DNA of 64,000 nt, from assembly GCA_963844845.1 (NCBI GenBank), contig CAWJPW010000003.1, positions 723,968-787,967 of the forward strand, read 5' to 3'. The notes beneath the pieces were generated by a model. It was not told the DNA's origin, searched no databases, and worked only from the letters and a program-made list of their open reading frames with translations. How positions within the stretch are numbered: position 1 is the first letter of the stretch; the number at the start of each line of letters is the position of its first letter. Shown here piece after piece: positions 51,289-63,244 of this stretch. Source of the stretch: an uncultured Acidobacteriota bacterium. GTDB lineage: Bacteria; Acidobacteriota; Thermoanaerobaculia; Thermoanaerobaculales; Sulfomarinibacteraceae. Made by a program: the position numbers and the translations under genes.

Positions 51289-53421
51289 TTACTCTCTGCG
51301 GATGCGCTCGATAGCGTCATGCGGCCCCATCACCAGCAGCCGATCGCCGGCCTCGATGCGGCGGTCGGCGGTCGGGATGCGGCCTGGGCGCTCGCCGGGT
51401 TGGTCGTCGGCCTCGCGGGTGTGTACAAGTACCACCTCGAGCCCGTAGCTGCGGCGGAGGTCGGCCTCGCGCAGAGTCCTCCCCACGAGATTGAAGGGGG
51501 CCTCCACCTCGGTGAGGAAGACCCCGGCCATGACCTCCACCATGCGGTCGCCACGGGTGTCCTCCACCAACGAGCCGAACCCGCCGCTGAGGTCCAGCTG
51601 GAACACGCGGCGGTTGTAGGCGTCGATGACGGCGTCGCGGGTCACGGCGCCCACGAGCTGGCGGCTGTGGGCGTCGGCCACCACCGGAACCTCGTCGCGA
51701 TGAGTGCGGCCGAACAGGCGCATGACTAGGTCGAGGTTGTCGGCGGGGATCACGCACGGGAGATCGCCGTGCACCGCGTCGGCGGCCACCACGAGCGAGG
51801 CCAAGACGTCCGACTGGGGAAGCACTGCTCGCACGTCGGCCAGCGAGACGCTTCCCAGGAGGCGGCTCTTGCTATCCACTACCATCACCTCGGGTTGGGG
51901 ACCCGCGAGGAGACGCGGGAGCAGCTCCGAGAAGGGCATGCCGGCCGGTACAGTGGCCGGCGTCGAGTTCATCACCTCGGCAACCTTGATGCCGCGCAGG
52001 AGATTGATGTCGCGACCCTCGGCCAGCCGCACGCCGCGCCGGGTGAGCTTGGCGGTGTAGATGGAGTCGGAGTAGAGCACCGAGCTCAAGAGCACGCCGA
52101 GCACGCAGGAGATCATGAGCGGGGGGATGATGTGGTAGTCGTTGGTGAGCTCGAAGATGATGAGGATCGCGGTGATGGGGGCGTGGGTCGCGGCCGACAC
52201 CACCGCGCCCATTCCCACCAGCGCATAGGCACCTGGGCTCGCGGTCCACGCAGGGAAGAGGTCGTGGGCGAAGCGGCCCCATGCGGCCCCCAGGGTGGCG
52301 CCCATGAACAGTGAGGGTGCGAAGACGCCACCCGAGCCGCCCGAGCCGAGCGTCAGGGACGTGGCCACCAGCTTGGCCGCCACCAGGGCCGCCAGGATGA
52401 GGCCCGAGATGTTGCCCAGCAGTGCTGCGTTGATGGTCTCGTAGCCGACGCCGTACACGTTGGGCAGGGCGAGGGAGATGAGCCCGACGCCGAGGCCACC
52501 CGCCGCCGGCCGGAGCCACGGCGGGAGCCGGCTCCGGTCGAACGCGTCGCTGGTGAGGTAGAGCAGGCGTGTGAAGCCGAGAGCCACGAGTCCGGCCGCG
52601 AGCCCGAGCCCGGCATAGAGGAAGAGCTCGCGCGGGTCGATGAGCTCGTAGCGCGGCACCTTGAAGGCTGGAAAGTCGCCCAGGTAGGCCCGTGAGATCA
52701 CGGTGGCGACAACCGAGGAGATGACGATGGGGGAGAGCGAGGCCAGCCCGAGATCGCCGAGGACGACCTCCACCGCGAAGAGGGCGCCGGCGATGGGGGC
52801 GTTGAAGGTGGCGGCGATCCCTGCGGCGGCGCCGCAGGCGACGAAGGTGCGGCGCCGACGGGTCGAGACCTCGAGGAGCTTCCCCACAGCCGAGCCGATG
52901 GCCGAGCCGATGTGGACGATTGGACCCTCACGGCCGGCCGATCCGCCGGAGCCGATGGTCAGGGCCGCCGCCACCGCCTTGGTTGCCAGCACACGCAGGC
53001 GGATGGCGCCGCCGCGCCGAGCCACCGCCTCCATCACCTCCGGGATGCCTGACCCCTTCACCTCCGGGGCGAGGCGGGTGACGATGAGCCCCACCAGCAG
53101 ACCTCCGGCGGACGGCAGGAGGAGTCGACGCCACCATGGCAGCGCGGCGAGGAAGGCAAGGGAGTACTCTGCGGTGGCGAAGAAGGCCTGGTGTGCCAGG
53201 GCTATGACGGCGCGGAAGAGGATAGCGCCGTACCCCCCGAGAACGCCGATGGCGATGGCGGTGACGATAACGAACACCTGCTCGCCGCGGCGTGCGCGCG
53301 CAAGCAGGCGTGACAGACCCACCCGGATGCTGCGCTGCGCGCGGGCCAGCTGGACCGAGGCGAGTCGGCGACCTCGCCGCATCCGGTGGCCGCGCCGGGG
53401 GTGCGGGTGGGTTGGGGTCAT
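51289..53421 (-). CDS. ClC-family chloride channel/antiporter with CBS pair and TrkA-C domain
   Basis: KGSGIPEVMEA and GGSAGREGPIVHIG selectivity motifs. Two CBS repeats. C-terminal RCK_C-like GRTLREADLRRSYGLEVVLV. Confidence 0.92.
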   Translation of the reverse strand: MTPTHPHPRRGHRMRRGRRLASVQLARAQRSIRVGLSRLLARARRGEQVFVIVTAIAIGVLGGYGAILFRAVIALAHQAFFATAEYSLAFLAALPWWRRLLLPSAGGLLVGLIVTRLAPEVKGSGIPEVMEAVARRGGAIRLRVLATKAVAAALTIGSGGSAGREGPIVHIGSAIGSAVGKLLEVSTRRRRTFVACGAAAGIAATFNAPIAGALFAVEVVLGDLGLASLSPIVISSVVATVISRAYLGDFPAFKVPRYELIDPRELFLYAGLGLAAGLVALGFTRLLYLTSDAFDRSRLPPWLRPAAGGLGVGLISLALPNVYGVGYETINAALLGNISGLILAALVAAKLVATSLTLGSGGSGGVFAPSLFMGATLGAAWGRFAHDLFPAWTASPGAYALVGMGAVVSAATHAPITAILIIFELTNDYHIIPPLMISCVLGVLLSSVLYSDSIYTAKLTRRGVRLAEGRDINLLRGIKVAEVMNSTPATVPAGMPFSELLPRLLAGPQPEVMVVDSKSRLLGSVSLADVRAVLPQSDVLASLVVAADAVHGDLPCVIPADNLDLVMRLFGRTHRDEVPVVADAHSRQLVGAVTRDAVIDAYNRRVFQLDLSGGFGSLVEDTRGDRMVEVMAGVFLTEVEAPFNLVGRTLREADLRRSYGLEVVLVHTREADDQPGERPGRIPTADRRIEAGDRLLVMGPHDAIERIRRE

Positions 53422-53654
53422 GCCCCCATTCTACGAGCGCGTGCCGTGGAAGCTCCGCGGAATGGGGCGACGACGTCTACCCGGTGTCGAGGACCGTGCG
53501 CCGGTGGCCGTTCGCACCCGTTTCTGACCAGTAGCCTTGAGCAGAACGGCGAGCCGTGGGCCCGGGCCGGGTTGCGGCCGGTGTGGGCGCCCCGGGGCCG
53601 AGGAAGCAGCGCTCCGGGAGGAGCACGCGGTCGGAGGCTCGTGAGTGTTCTCGA

Positions 53655-54053
53655 TTACGAGAGCCGGGACAGGACTCTCTCGAGCCGGCTCTGGACCTCC
53701 TCGGCCAGCGGCTCCGCTGCCGGGTTGTCGACTAGCCCGAACGCCGCCTTGGGACTGACGGCGAGCACGGTGGAGCCGCCGTCGTCGCGCTCCATCACCA
53801 CGACGTTGCACGGCAGCAGCACCCCGATGGCGGGCTCTGCGGCGAGCGCCTGGTGAGCCAGGTGGGGGTTACACGCGCCGAGGATGACATAGCGCCGGAA
53901 GTCGAGGCCGAGCTTCTTCTTCAGCGTCGCCTTGACGTCGATCTCGGTGAGCACGCCGAACCCCTCGCTCGCGAGCAGCTCGGTGACCCGTGCCACCGCG
54001 TCATCGTAGCCGGTCTGGGGCAGCTCCTTGGTCAGCGCGTAGGACGTGTCCAT
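53655..54053 (-). CDS. DUF302 domain-containing protein
   Basis: ATG 54053 preceded by GGGAGGTG. GFGVLTEIDVKATLKKKLGLDFRRYVILGACNPHLAHQAL is characteristic of DUF302. Confidence 0.85.
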   Translation of the reverse strand: MDTSYALTKELPQTGYDDAVARVTELLASEGFGVLTEIDVKATLKKKLGLDFRRYVILGACNPHLAHQALAAEPAIGVLLPCNVVVMERDDGGSTVLAVSPKAAFGLVDNPAAEPLAEEVQSRLERVLSRLS

Positions 54054-54181
54054 GGTCACCTCCCGGTACCTCGCTCGGCAGGGGATGCCGAGGTACCAGA
54101 ACAAACGTCTCAAAGTCCCCCGGCCATTCCCGGAGACCCCGTCGTGCGGCTCTCAGGTCGGATCGACCGCGGCGTGGGTGG

Positions 54182-56005
54182 TCAGCCCTTGGCTTCGGAA
54201 GAGGGGATACGCAGGAGGTCGCCAGGGTGGATGCGGGAGCCGTGCAGGCCGTTGGTGTGCCGCAGGCTGTTCACCGAGATGCCGAAGCGACGGGCGATGT
54301 CGTACAGCGTGTCGCCGGCCCGGACCCGGTAGGTCCGGCCTTCTCTGGCGCTGCGACGGATGGACCGCGAGGTCGAGGTGCCGCGGTCCGGTACCCTGAG
54401 GCGCTGACCGGGGCGTATCAAGGCGTGCGAGCCGATGCCGTTGGCGGAGCACAGGGCGTCGACGGAGACCCCGAGGGACCTGGCAATGTCCCACAGGGTG
54501 TCACGTGAGCGTACCGTGTAGTGACCGTCGTGGGTCGCGCGTCGAACGGGTGGGTCGACCGCGCGGCGGCCAGCGCCACGCGGTACCACGAGAGTCTGGC
54601 CGGGATGAATCAGGCTGCCACGGATGCCGTTGGCCTGGCGGATGGCGGCGACGCTGGAGCGGTAGCGGCTGGCAATCCCCGACAGCGTGTCGCCGCGGCG
54701 GACGGTGTGCAGGAAGCGGGGCGCCCAATCGCGGCGTGGGACCTCGGCGAGGACCGTACGCGCCGACTCGGCGAGCCCGGCGGGCAGGCGCACCTGGGTG
54801 ACCGTGTTGGCAGGGGTGAGGCCATGGGTGAGGGCGGGGTTGAGCTGGCGCAGATCGGCGGCGGCGATGCTGAGATGGTCGGCGAGGACGTCGAGGTCGA
54901 GGGCATCGGGGACGGCCAGCTGGTCGAATGCCCAGGGCTGCTCCGGGGGAGGGGAGAAGCCGTACTTCTCCGGGTTCTTTGCGACGATGAGGGCGGCAAT
55001 GAAGGCCGGCACATAGCTTCGGGTCTCGCGCGGGAGATACCGGCGCATCTCCCAGAAATCACTGGAGCCCGAGCGGCGCATGGCTCGACGCACGTTGCCG
55101 GCGCCGGAGTTGTAAGCGGCCAGTGCCAGGTACCAGTCGCCGAACTCGGTGTACAGGTCGCCCAGGTGGGCGACGGCCGCGGCAGTCGAGCGCACAGGGT
55201 CGCGGCGCTCGTCCACCAGTGCGCCCACGTGGAGCCCGTAAAGGCGCCCGGTGGAGGCGATGAACTGCCAGAGGCCGGCGGCGCGGGCACGGGAGTAGGC
55301 CGCCGGGGAGAACGCAGACTCGATGAGTGGCAGATACGCGAGGTCCTGGGGCAGACCGGCCGCGCGCAGGTGGCCGCGAATCATTGGCAGGTATTGGCCG
55401 GCGCGGCTCAGCCCCCGCTCCACCCGCCGGCGGATCTCGCCGCCCTCCACCAGGGTCTGCAGCAGGTCCGCGACCTTGTCGTTGACCACCAGCGGAAGGT
55501 CGGTGGCGAGAGAGGCGGCCTCCTCGGGATCCTCTTCAGCCTCGATTTCGGCCTTGTCCGTGCCTTGATCCTCGGCGACCTCGGAGGTGATGAGGCCCAT
55601 GAGCTCGTCCTCGGAGCTGGCCACGGCGACGTCGCCGCCGGCCACCTCGGCCTCCACCGCGTCGAGCTGGTCGAGGAGGTCGGCGACGTAGTCCAGGTAG
55701 ACCATCCGAGCCCGGTACCCGGCCGGCGGTTCGAGCACCCGGGAAAGCGCGTCGACCAGGCAGTCCATGGCCTCAGCAGGGCGCCCGTCGGCGCGCAGCT
55801 GGTCGGCCTCGCCGAGGAGGGCGTCGCAGGCCTCTCGAGTGGAGCTCTCCCACGCCCAGTAGGACGCGTGCGCGTCAGCGGTGGCCCGGGCGGCCGGGGC
55901 TGTGCCGGTCTTCGAGGCGGGGGGGGTGGACGCACAAGCGATGGCACCGCCGAGGGCCAGGACCCCGAGGGTGCGGGCCCGAAGGAGCCGGCGTAGCAGG
56001 CTCAC
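54182..56005 (-). CDS. lytic murein transglycosylase (SLT domain) with three LysM repeats (MltD-like)
   Basis: Signal/lipoprotein-like N-terminus. LPLIESAFSPAAYSRARAAGLWQFIASTG (SLT). Three LysM units (HTVRRGDTLSGIA; YTVRSRDTLWDIA; YRVRAGDTLYDIA). The GTG start overlaps the upstream stop (GTGA). Confidence 0.9.
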   Translation of the reverse strand: MSLLRRLLRARTLGVLALGGAIACASTPPASKTGTAPAARATADAHASYWAWESSTREACDALLGEADQLRADGRPAEAMDCLVDALSRVLEPPAGYRARMVYLDYVADLLDQLDAVEAEVAGGDVAVASSEDELMGLITSEVAEDQGTDKAEIEAEEDPEEAASLATDLPLVVNDKVADLLQTLVEGGEIRRRVERGLSRAGQYLPMIRGHLRAAGLPQDLAYLPLIESAFSPAAYSRARAAGLWQFIASTGRLYGLHVGALVDERRDPVRSTAAAVAHLGDLYTEFGDWYLALAAYNSGAGNVRRAMRRSGSSDFWEMRRYLPRETRSYVPAFIAALIVAKNPEKYGFSPPPEQPWAFDQLAVPDALDLDVLADHLSIAAADLRQLNPALTHGLTPANTVTQVRLPAGLAESARTVLAEVPRRDWAPRFLHTVRRGDTLSGIASRYRSSVAAIRQANGIRGSLIHPGQTLVVPRGAGRRAVDPPVRRATHDGHYTVRSRDTLWDIARSLGVSVDALCSANGIGSHALIRPGQRLRVPDRGTSTSRSIRRSAREGRTYRVRAGDTLYDIARRFGISVNSLRHTNGLHGSRIHPGDLLRIPSSEAKG

Positions 56006-57606
56006 TGCATGCTCTCCAGGTCGATGGTCAGGAGCAGGCAGAGCTTCTCGAGGGGCGAGTCGCCTTCGAGGGTGAGTGCGAAGGGCTCGAGCTCGTGCAG
56101 CGCCTCGCCGTTGTCACCCTGGAGCTGAACCGCCACCCGAACCCGACGCAGGCGAGCGAGAATACCCGAGTTGACCCTTTCAGCCACCTTGCGGCGCAGC
56201 TCCCGGCGGTGATCGAGATCGCCGGCGAGCAACGAGTCGAGGTCCATGGAGGGAGTTGCGGCGACCGCTTTGCGTGGGCTCGGGTTGGCCATCGTGGCCT
56301 GCTTGCGCAGCGACTCGAGCTCGGCCAGGATGTCCATCTGGTTGGACACGTGGACGTGCTTCATGGGCGGCGGCTCCACCTCGGCCGCCTCGGCGTCATC
56401 CTGCTCGAACTCCACCTGGAGGTCGGGGTCGCTCAGCTCTCCTGACTCGGGCTCAGGTGCTGCGACCGCCGCCGGCTCCTCGGGCACACTCTCGGCTTCC
56501 CCGACGATGGACTCGCGAGGGACCGGTATTGCGGCCGTGGCAGCCGCGGCTTCCTCGTCCTCCTCGTCCACGACCATGTCGGCGTCGGTGAGCTCCTCGG
56601 GCTCCTCGACAGACGGTGCGACCTCCGCCAGCTCCTCCTCGCCAATCTCGTGTTCCGCCCCGAGGGGGACGTCAGCGCCATCCTGAGGTTCCTCGTGGTC
56701 GGGCAGGTTGGGTGCCGTGACCGCGTCGGGCGGGGCCCCTGCGCTCTCCTGCGCAGCGGGCTCGGGCGCCGACTCGGGCTCCGGCTCCGGCGGAGATGGC
56801 CCCTGTCGAGCGGGAAACGGGATCGCCGGGCTCCGTCCGACCGTGGCAGCCGCCGGCGGTAGACCGAAGGGGCGCTCGCTTGCCTCGACGTCTACGCCCT
56901 CCTCGGCGGCCCGCGCTAGAGCCGCCGCCGAGACCGAGGCCGGCGCCCTGGCGCCGCCGGCGCGGGCGGCAGCCGCCGGGACGGGGACTCGCGGCGCCGC
57001 GGCAGGTTGGGGCGCGGCCATCCGTCGGCGCAGCTTCTTGAGCGTGAGCTTGGTGATCTCTTTGAGCGTCTCGAAGACTCCGTCGCCGGTGATCGCCGAG
57101 GACTCGTGGAAGGCGAATCGTCCGGCTGCGTTGAGGTCAGCGTCGAGTTCCTCGAGGCTCAGGATGTTCTTGAGGTCCCGCTTGTTGTACTGCAGCACGA
57201 CCGGTGTCTCGTCCATGTCGAGGCCGAGCTCGGCGAGGTTGGTCCGGAGGTTCTTCAGGCTCTCGATGTTGGCTTCGCGCATGGGGCGCTGGGAGTCCGC
57301 CACGAACACGACGCCGTCGACGCCCTTGAGCACCAGCTTCCTGGTGGTGTTGTAGAACACCTGGCCGGGCACCGTGTAGAGCTGCAGGCGGGTTTTGAAG
57401 CCGCCGATGGTGCCCACCTCGATGGGGAGGAGGTCGAAGAACAGGGTTCGGTCGGACTCGGTCTCCAGCGAGACCATCTCGCCGCGTGAGTTGGGGGAGG
57501 TCTTGGCGTAGATGTAGCTCAGGTTGGTGGTCTTGCCACACAGACCAGGACCGTAGTACACGATCTTGGCCGCCATCTGCATTGTCGCCCAGTTAAAGAA
57601 GACCAT
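56002..57606 (-). CDS. MglA-family Ras-like GTPase with ~340-aa C-terminal extension
   Basis: ATG 57606 gives MVFFNWATMQMAAKIVYYGPGLCGKTTNL. TESDRTLFFD, YTVPGQVFY and QYNKRDL closely parallel M. xanthus MglA (from memory). These are followed by an acidic Ala/Pro/Glu-rich region and a ~130-aa C-terminal segment. Confidence 0.85.
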   Translation of the reverse strand: MVFFNWATMQMAAKIVYYGPGLCGKTTNLSYIYAKTSPNSRGEMVSLETESDRTLFFDLLPIEVGTIGGFKTRLQLYTVPGQVFYNTTRKLVLKGVDGVVFVADSQRPMREANIESLKNLRTNLAELGLDMDETPVVLQYNKRDLKNILSLEELDADLNAAGRFAFHESSAITGDGVFETLKEITKLTLKKLRRRMAAPQPAAAPRVPVPAAAARAGGARAPASVSAAALARAAEEGVDVEASERPFGLPPAAATVGRSPAIPFPARQGPSPPEPEPESAPEPAAQESAGAPPDAVTAPNLPDHEEPQDGADVPLGAEHEIGEEELAEVAPSVEEPEELTDADMVVDEEDEEAAAATAAIPVPRESIVGEAESVPEEPAAVAAPEPESGELSDPDLQVEFEQDDAEAAEVEPPPMKHVHVSNQMDILAELESLRKQATMANPSPRKAVAATPSMDLDSLLAGDLDHRRELRRKVAERVNSGILARLRRVRVAVQLQGDNGEALHELEPFALTLEGDSPLEKLCLLLTIDLESMQ

Positions 57607-57666
57607 CCCGAGCAGCTCCCCCGACTGCCCCGAGGCTAGCACAACGGCCATCGCCGGTCAACGCGT

Positions 57667-58476
57667 TCAGGGGCTGCCAAGCTCCTGTACCACAGCTTTT
57701 AGGACAGCACGATAGATCTCCGCGAGGGGGGTCGGAAGAACCTCGAGATGGCGTTCGACGGTGGCGACATCTCCGCGGGCGATGGGGCCGGTGAGCGCCT
57801 CGAGGCGCCGAGCCGCAAGGGCCGCCGCGGTGCTGGTCTCGAGCAGTGGGGCGAGAGCCGCGGCGGCGGCTCCGGGGGCGAGTCCGCACTGCTCGAGCGC
57901 CTGGCGGGCGGCGACGACGAGCACGTGAGTGAGGTTGCCTGCCACGGCCGCGGCCGCGTGGTAGAGCGGCTTGTCTCCCGGGGCGATGCGCCACGGGTGC
58001 ATTCCCAGCTGCCGCGCCAGCTCCTCGCCCAGGGTCACGGCTTCGGGGTCGCCCTCCACGGCACACGCGACGCCCTCCCAGGGGACGGCCCGCTTGCCGA
58101 ACGGGGGGAAGCTCTGCAGTGGATGCCAGGAGGCCACTGCGGCGCCGGCCAGGCGGCACGGCGCCAGGATCTCGGCTGGCTCCAGCCCCGAGGTGTGCAG
58201 CACCACCGTGCCGGCCAGGGGCTCGTGCGCCAGGGCAGAAGCCACACCGGCGAGGGCGCGGTCGGGCACCGTCACCAGCACCAGACGCGGTCGTGGCCAG
58301 GGCGTTGGGGCGTCCCAACGGTCCCGAGCTGCGTCGGGTGGGACATCCCAGCCCAGCTCGCCGCCGGGGCGCTCTGCCCGCACCAGGCGGCAGCTCCAGC
58401 CCGCCTCGTGCAGGCGGCTCGCCAAGCGCAGACCGAGGCGGCCGGGTCCGATGAGCGCGAAACCCTGTGCTGGCAT
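57667..58476 (-). CDS. Rossmann-like / DUF2520 domain-containing protein
   Basis: FALIGPGRLGLRLA (dinucleotide fold). HTSG...WHPLQSF, YHAAAAVAGN and LTGPIARGDVATVERHL are typical of DUF2520 proteins. Confidence 0.8.
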   Translation of the reverse strand: MPAQGFALIGPGRLGLRLASRLHEAGWSCRLVRAERPGGELGWDVPPDAARDRWDAPTPWPRPRLVLVTVPDRALAGVASALAHEPLAGTVVLHTSGLEPAEILAPCRLAGAAVASWHPLQSFPPFGKRAVPWEGVACAVEGDPEAVTLGEELARQLGMHPWRIAPGDKPLYHAAAAVAGNLTHVLVVAARQALEQCGLAPGAAAAALAPLLETSTAAALAARRLEALTGPIARGDVATVERHLEVLPTPLAEIYRAVLKAVVQELGSP

Positions 58477-58538
58477 AGGCCGATGTTACAATAGGCGCGG
58501 CCGCACGGATGTGGCGGAATTCGTAGGAGATAGGAACC

Positions 58539-59591
58539 ATGCAGCTGAGCAGGCGAGAGTTAGCTGTGCTCAGGGAGGTCGTCCGGCTGCACATCGCCGG
58601 AGGCGAGCCCGTGTCGTCGCGTCAGGTGGCGCGGCAGTCGGGGCTGGGTCTGTCTCCTGCGACGCTTCGCAACGTCATGTCCGACCTCGAGGAGGCCGGC
58701 TGGCTCGTGCGGCCACACCCCTCGGCGGGCTGTGTGCCGTCCGACCAGAGCCTCCGGCTGTACGTGGACGCCGGCGCCCGGGGCGGAATGCTGCCCAAGT
58801 CGGTGCAGCGTCGGCTCAGCGCGCGGATCGAGGCGACAAGGCGGGAGCTGGTCGAGGACATGGAGTGGGTGGCGCGTCTGGTGGCCGAGGTGACGCGCGA
58901 AGCTGGGGTTGCCGTGCGCCCGTTGGGCGAGGATCAGCGGCTCGAAGCGGTCTCGCTGGTGAGCCTCGGGGGCGAGCGCGTCCTGGCCGTGGTCATCACC
59001 TCGGTGGGGGCGGTGGAGCGCCGGGTTCTCGAGCTCGACGAGGAGTTCGACGATGCCCAACTGCAGGAGGTGGCCAATCTCCTCAACCGTCGGTACCATG
59101 GCGTTTCCCTTCGCGACGCCACGGCCGAGCTGGAGGCCGTGCTAGCCGGTGACGTCGTTGCCGACGAGACCGGCCGGGTGTTGAGGTGCGCCGCGAAGGT
59201 GGGTGACGGCCTCTTCCGCTGTTCCGCGGGAGGTGTCGAGGTGCTCGTGGCGGGGGCCGAGAACCTCCTCCAGTCGGCCGACTTCACCGAGGTTGGCCGA
59301 GTCCGCTCGCTGGTGAGCGCGCTCCAGGACCGCGGGCGAATTGCCGGCGAGCTGCAGCGGTTGCTAGACGATGAGAGAGCGCGGGTGGTAATCGGCGGGG
59401 AGTCCGAGGTCACCGCAGCGGCGAACCTGGGGATGGTGGCGGCCCTCTTCTTTCACGAGGGTGAGCGGGTCGGTGCTGTGGGTGTCGTTGGGCCACGACG
59501 AATGGACTACCTCAAGATCGTGCCGATGGTCGAGTTCATCGGCGATACGTTGACCAAGATGCTGGATGAGTCGGGAGCGAACCATGTCTGA
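58539..59591 (+). CDS. hrcA: heat-inducible transcriptional repressor HrcA
   Basis: LSRRELAVLREVVRLHIAGGEPVSSRQVA...LSPATLRNVMSDLEEAGWL. Position upstream of grpE-dnaK-dnaJ. Confidence 0.93.
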   Translation: MQLSRRELAVLREVVRLHIAGGEPVSSRQVARQSGLGLSPATLRNVMSDLEEAGWLVRPHPSAGCVPSDQSLRLYVDAGARGGMLPKSVQRRLSARIEATRRELVEDMEWVARLVAEVTREAGVAVRPLGEDQRLEAVSLVSLGGERVLAVVITSVGAVERRVLELDEEFDDAQLQEVANLLNRRYHGVSLRDATAELEAVLAGDVVADETGRVLRCAAKVGDGLFRCSAGGVEVLVAGAENLLQSADFTEVGRVRSLVSALQDRGRIAGELQRLLDDERARVVIGGESEVTAAANLGMVAALFFHEGERVGAVGVVGPRRMDYLKIVPMVEFIGDTLTKMLDESGANHV

Positions 59592-60203
59592 CGAGTTGAA
59601 CGACGACGGCAAGGCGCCGGAGGTGGCGGCGGACGCGGCGGAGCGGCGGGTCGAGGCCGTTGCTCGGGAAGAAGGTGAGGACGAGACGGCGGCCGGGGCC
59701 GAGGTCACAGTGCTCGAGGAGATGGATCGCCTCAGGGTTGAGTTCGAGCACCTACGTGAGATGTACCTCCGGAAGCTCGCCGAGTTCGACAACTTCCGCA
59801 AGAGGACCGAGCGCGAGCGGCAGGAGATGGAGCGCCGCGCAGGCGAGCGCCTCGTGGGGGCGGTGGTGCCGGTGCTCGACAACTTCGATCGTGCCCTCCA
59901 GCACGGCGAGGCGAGCGAGCCGGCGGCGTTCCGGCGGGGTGTGGAGATGATCGCCAAGCAGCTGTGGGATGTTCTCCAGCGGGAGGGTATGGCGGTCCTC
60001 GACCCGGCTGACGAGGTGTTCGACCCCGAGCTGCACGAAGCGGTGGCCCGGGTGGAGGACTCCGACCACGCTCCCGGCACCGTTGTCCACGTGATGGCCA
60101 AGGGCTACCTGCTTGGCGGCCGGCTCATCCGACCGGCCATGGTGGCAGTGGCCGTCGAGCCCAGCCCAGTGGTACAGGCCGAAACGGCCGGGGAGCAGGA
60201 CAG

Positions 60204-60207
<4 letters not shown>
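59584..60207 (+). CDS. grpE: nucleotide exchange factor GrpE
   Basis: ATG 59584 (8-nt overlap with hrcA). [27 protein letters not shown] and FDPELHEAV. Confidence 0.95.
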
Positions 60208-62081
<1,874 letters not shown>

Positions 62082-62097
62082 GGAGCGGGCTCAGAAC

Positions 62098-63237
62098 ATG
62101 GCAACTGGGACGAAGCGTGACTATTACGAGGTGCTCGGCGTCGGCCGTGATGCCTCGGTGGACGAGATCAAGAAGGCGTATCGCCGGCTGGCGGTTCAGT
62201 TTCACCCCGATCGCAACCCCGACGACTCCGATGCCGAGGAGCGCTTCAAGGAGGGGTCCGAGGCATACGCGGTCCTCTCCGACGCCGACAAGCGGGGCCG
62301 CTATGACCGTTTCGGGCACCAGGGTGTCGACGGAACCCCTTTCACCGGTTTCGACCCCAATACCTTCGTGGACTTCGCCGACATCCTCGGCGACCTCTTC
62401 GGGTTCGGTGATCTGTTTGGCATGCGTCGGCGAGGAGGTGGGATGGGCGCGCAGCGGGGCAGTGACCTCCGCTACACCCTCTCCCTCAGCCTCGAAGAGG
62501 CGGCCAGAGGGGTGACCAAGGCGATTCGCATCCCCCGGCAGGAGACCTGCGAGGCGTGTCACGGCAGCGGTGCCGAGGGTGGTGCCGCTCCTGAGAGCTG
62601 CCGCACCTGCGGCGGCCGGGGCCAGGTGGCGTTCCGCCGTGGCTTTCTCACCGTGGCGCAGACCTGCCCGGCGTGTGGCGGGCGCGGGCAGGTCGTCAGC
62701 GACCCGTGTCGGGCATGTCACGGAAGAGGACGGGTCGAGGACGACGTGAGCCTCGAGGTGAAGGTGCCTGCGGGGGTCGACACTGGCATGCGCCTGCGAC
62801 TCGCCGGCGAGGGCGAGGCCGGCGCCCGGGGTGGCAGCTCGGGCGACCTCTACGTCGTACTCGCGGTCCAGCCCGACAAGACCTTCACCCGCGACGGGGC
62901 CGATCTGCACACCGTGCTCCCGGTAAGTGTCTACCAGGCCATCCTGGGGGCCGGCCGTACAGTGCACACGGTGTTGGGTGAGGAGGAGGAGGTCGAGGTG
63001 CCGCCGGGGTCCCAGCCCGACGACGTGCTGCGTTTGCGGGGTGCCGGCATGCCCGAGCTGGACAGCCAGCGGCGCGGCGATCTCTTCCTGCACATCCGCG
63101 TGGTGATCCCGCGCCGCCTCTCGGGTGAGGAGCGGCGCCTCGTGGAGGAGGCCGCGGAGCTGGCGGGGGAGGGGGACCTCGGTGTCGATGAGAGCTTCCT
63201 CCAGCGGCTCAAGCGGCGCCTCGGCACCGACGGGTGA
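62098..63237 (+). CDS. dnaJ: molecular chaperone DnaJ
   Basis: ATG 62098 gives [10 protein letters not shown]...HPDRNP (J domain). G/F region. Four CxxCxGxG zinc-finger repeats. Confidence 0.97.
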   Translation: MATGTKRDYYEVLGVGRDASVDEIKKAYRRLAVQFHPDRNPDDSDAEERFKEGSEAYAVLSDADKRGRYDRFGHQGVDGTPFTGFDPNTFVDFADILGDLFGFGDLFGMRRRGGGMGAQRGSDLRYTLSLSLEEAARGVTKAIRIPRQETCEACHGSGAEGGAAPESCRTCGGRGQVAFRRGFLTVAQTCPACGGRGQVVSDPCRACHGRGRVEDDVSLEVKVPAGVDTGMRLRLAGEGEAGARGGSSGDLYVVLAVQPDKTFTRDGADLHTVLPVSVYQAILGAGRTVHTVLGEEEEVEVPPGSQPDDVLRLRGAGMPELDSQRRGDLFLHIRVVIPRRLSGEERRLVEEAAELAGEGDLGVDESFLQRLKRRLGTDG

Positions 63238-63244
63238 TGCCGGC

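Noticed and set aside
58545-58573. Inverted repeat ctgagca-N15-tgctcag containing ttagc, considered as a CIRCE relative.
   Set aside because: It lies inside hrcA codons 3-12, which encode the conserved N-terminus. The arms and spacing do not match CIRCE.
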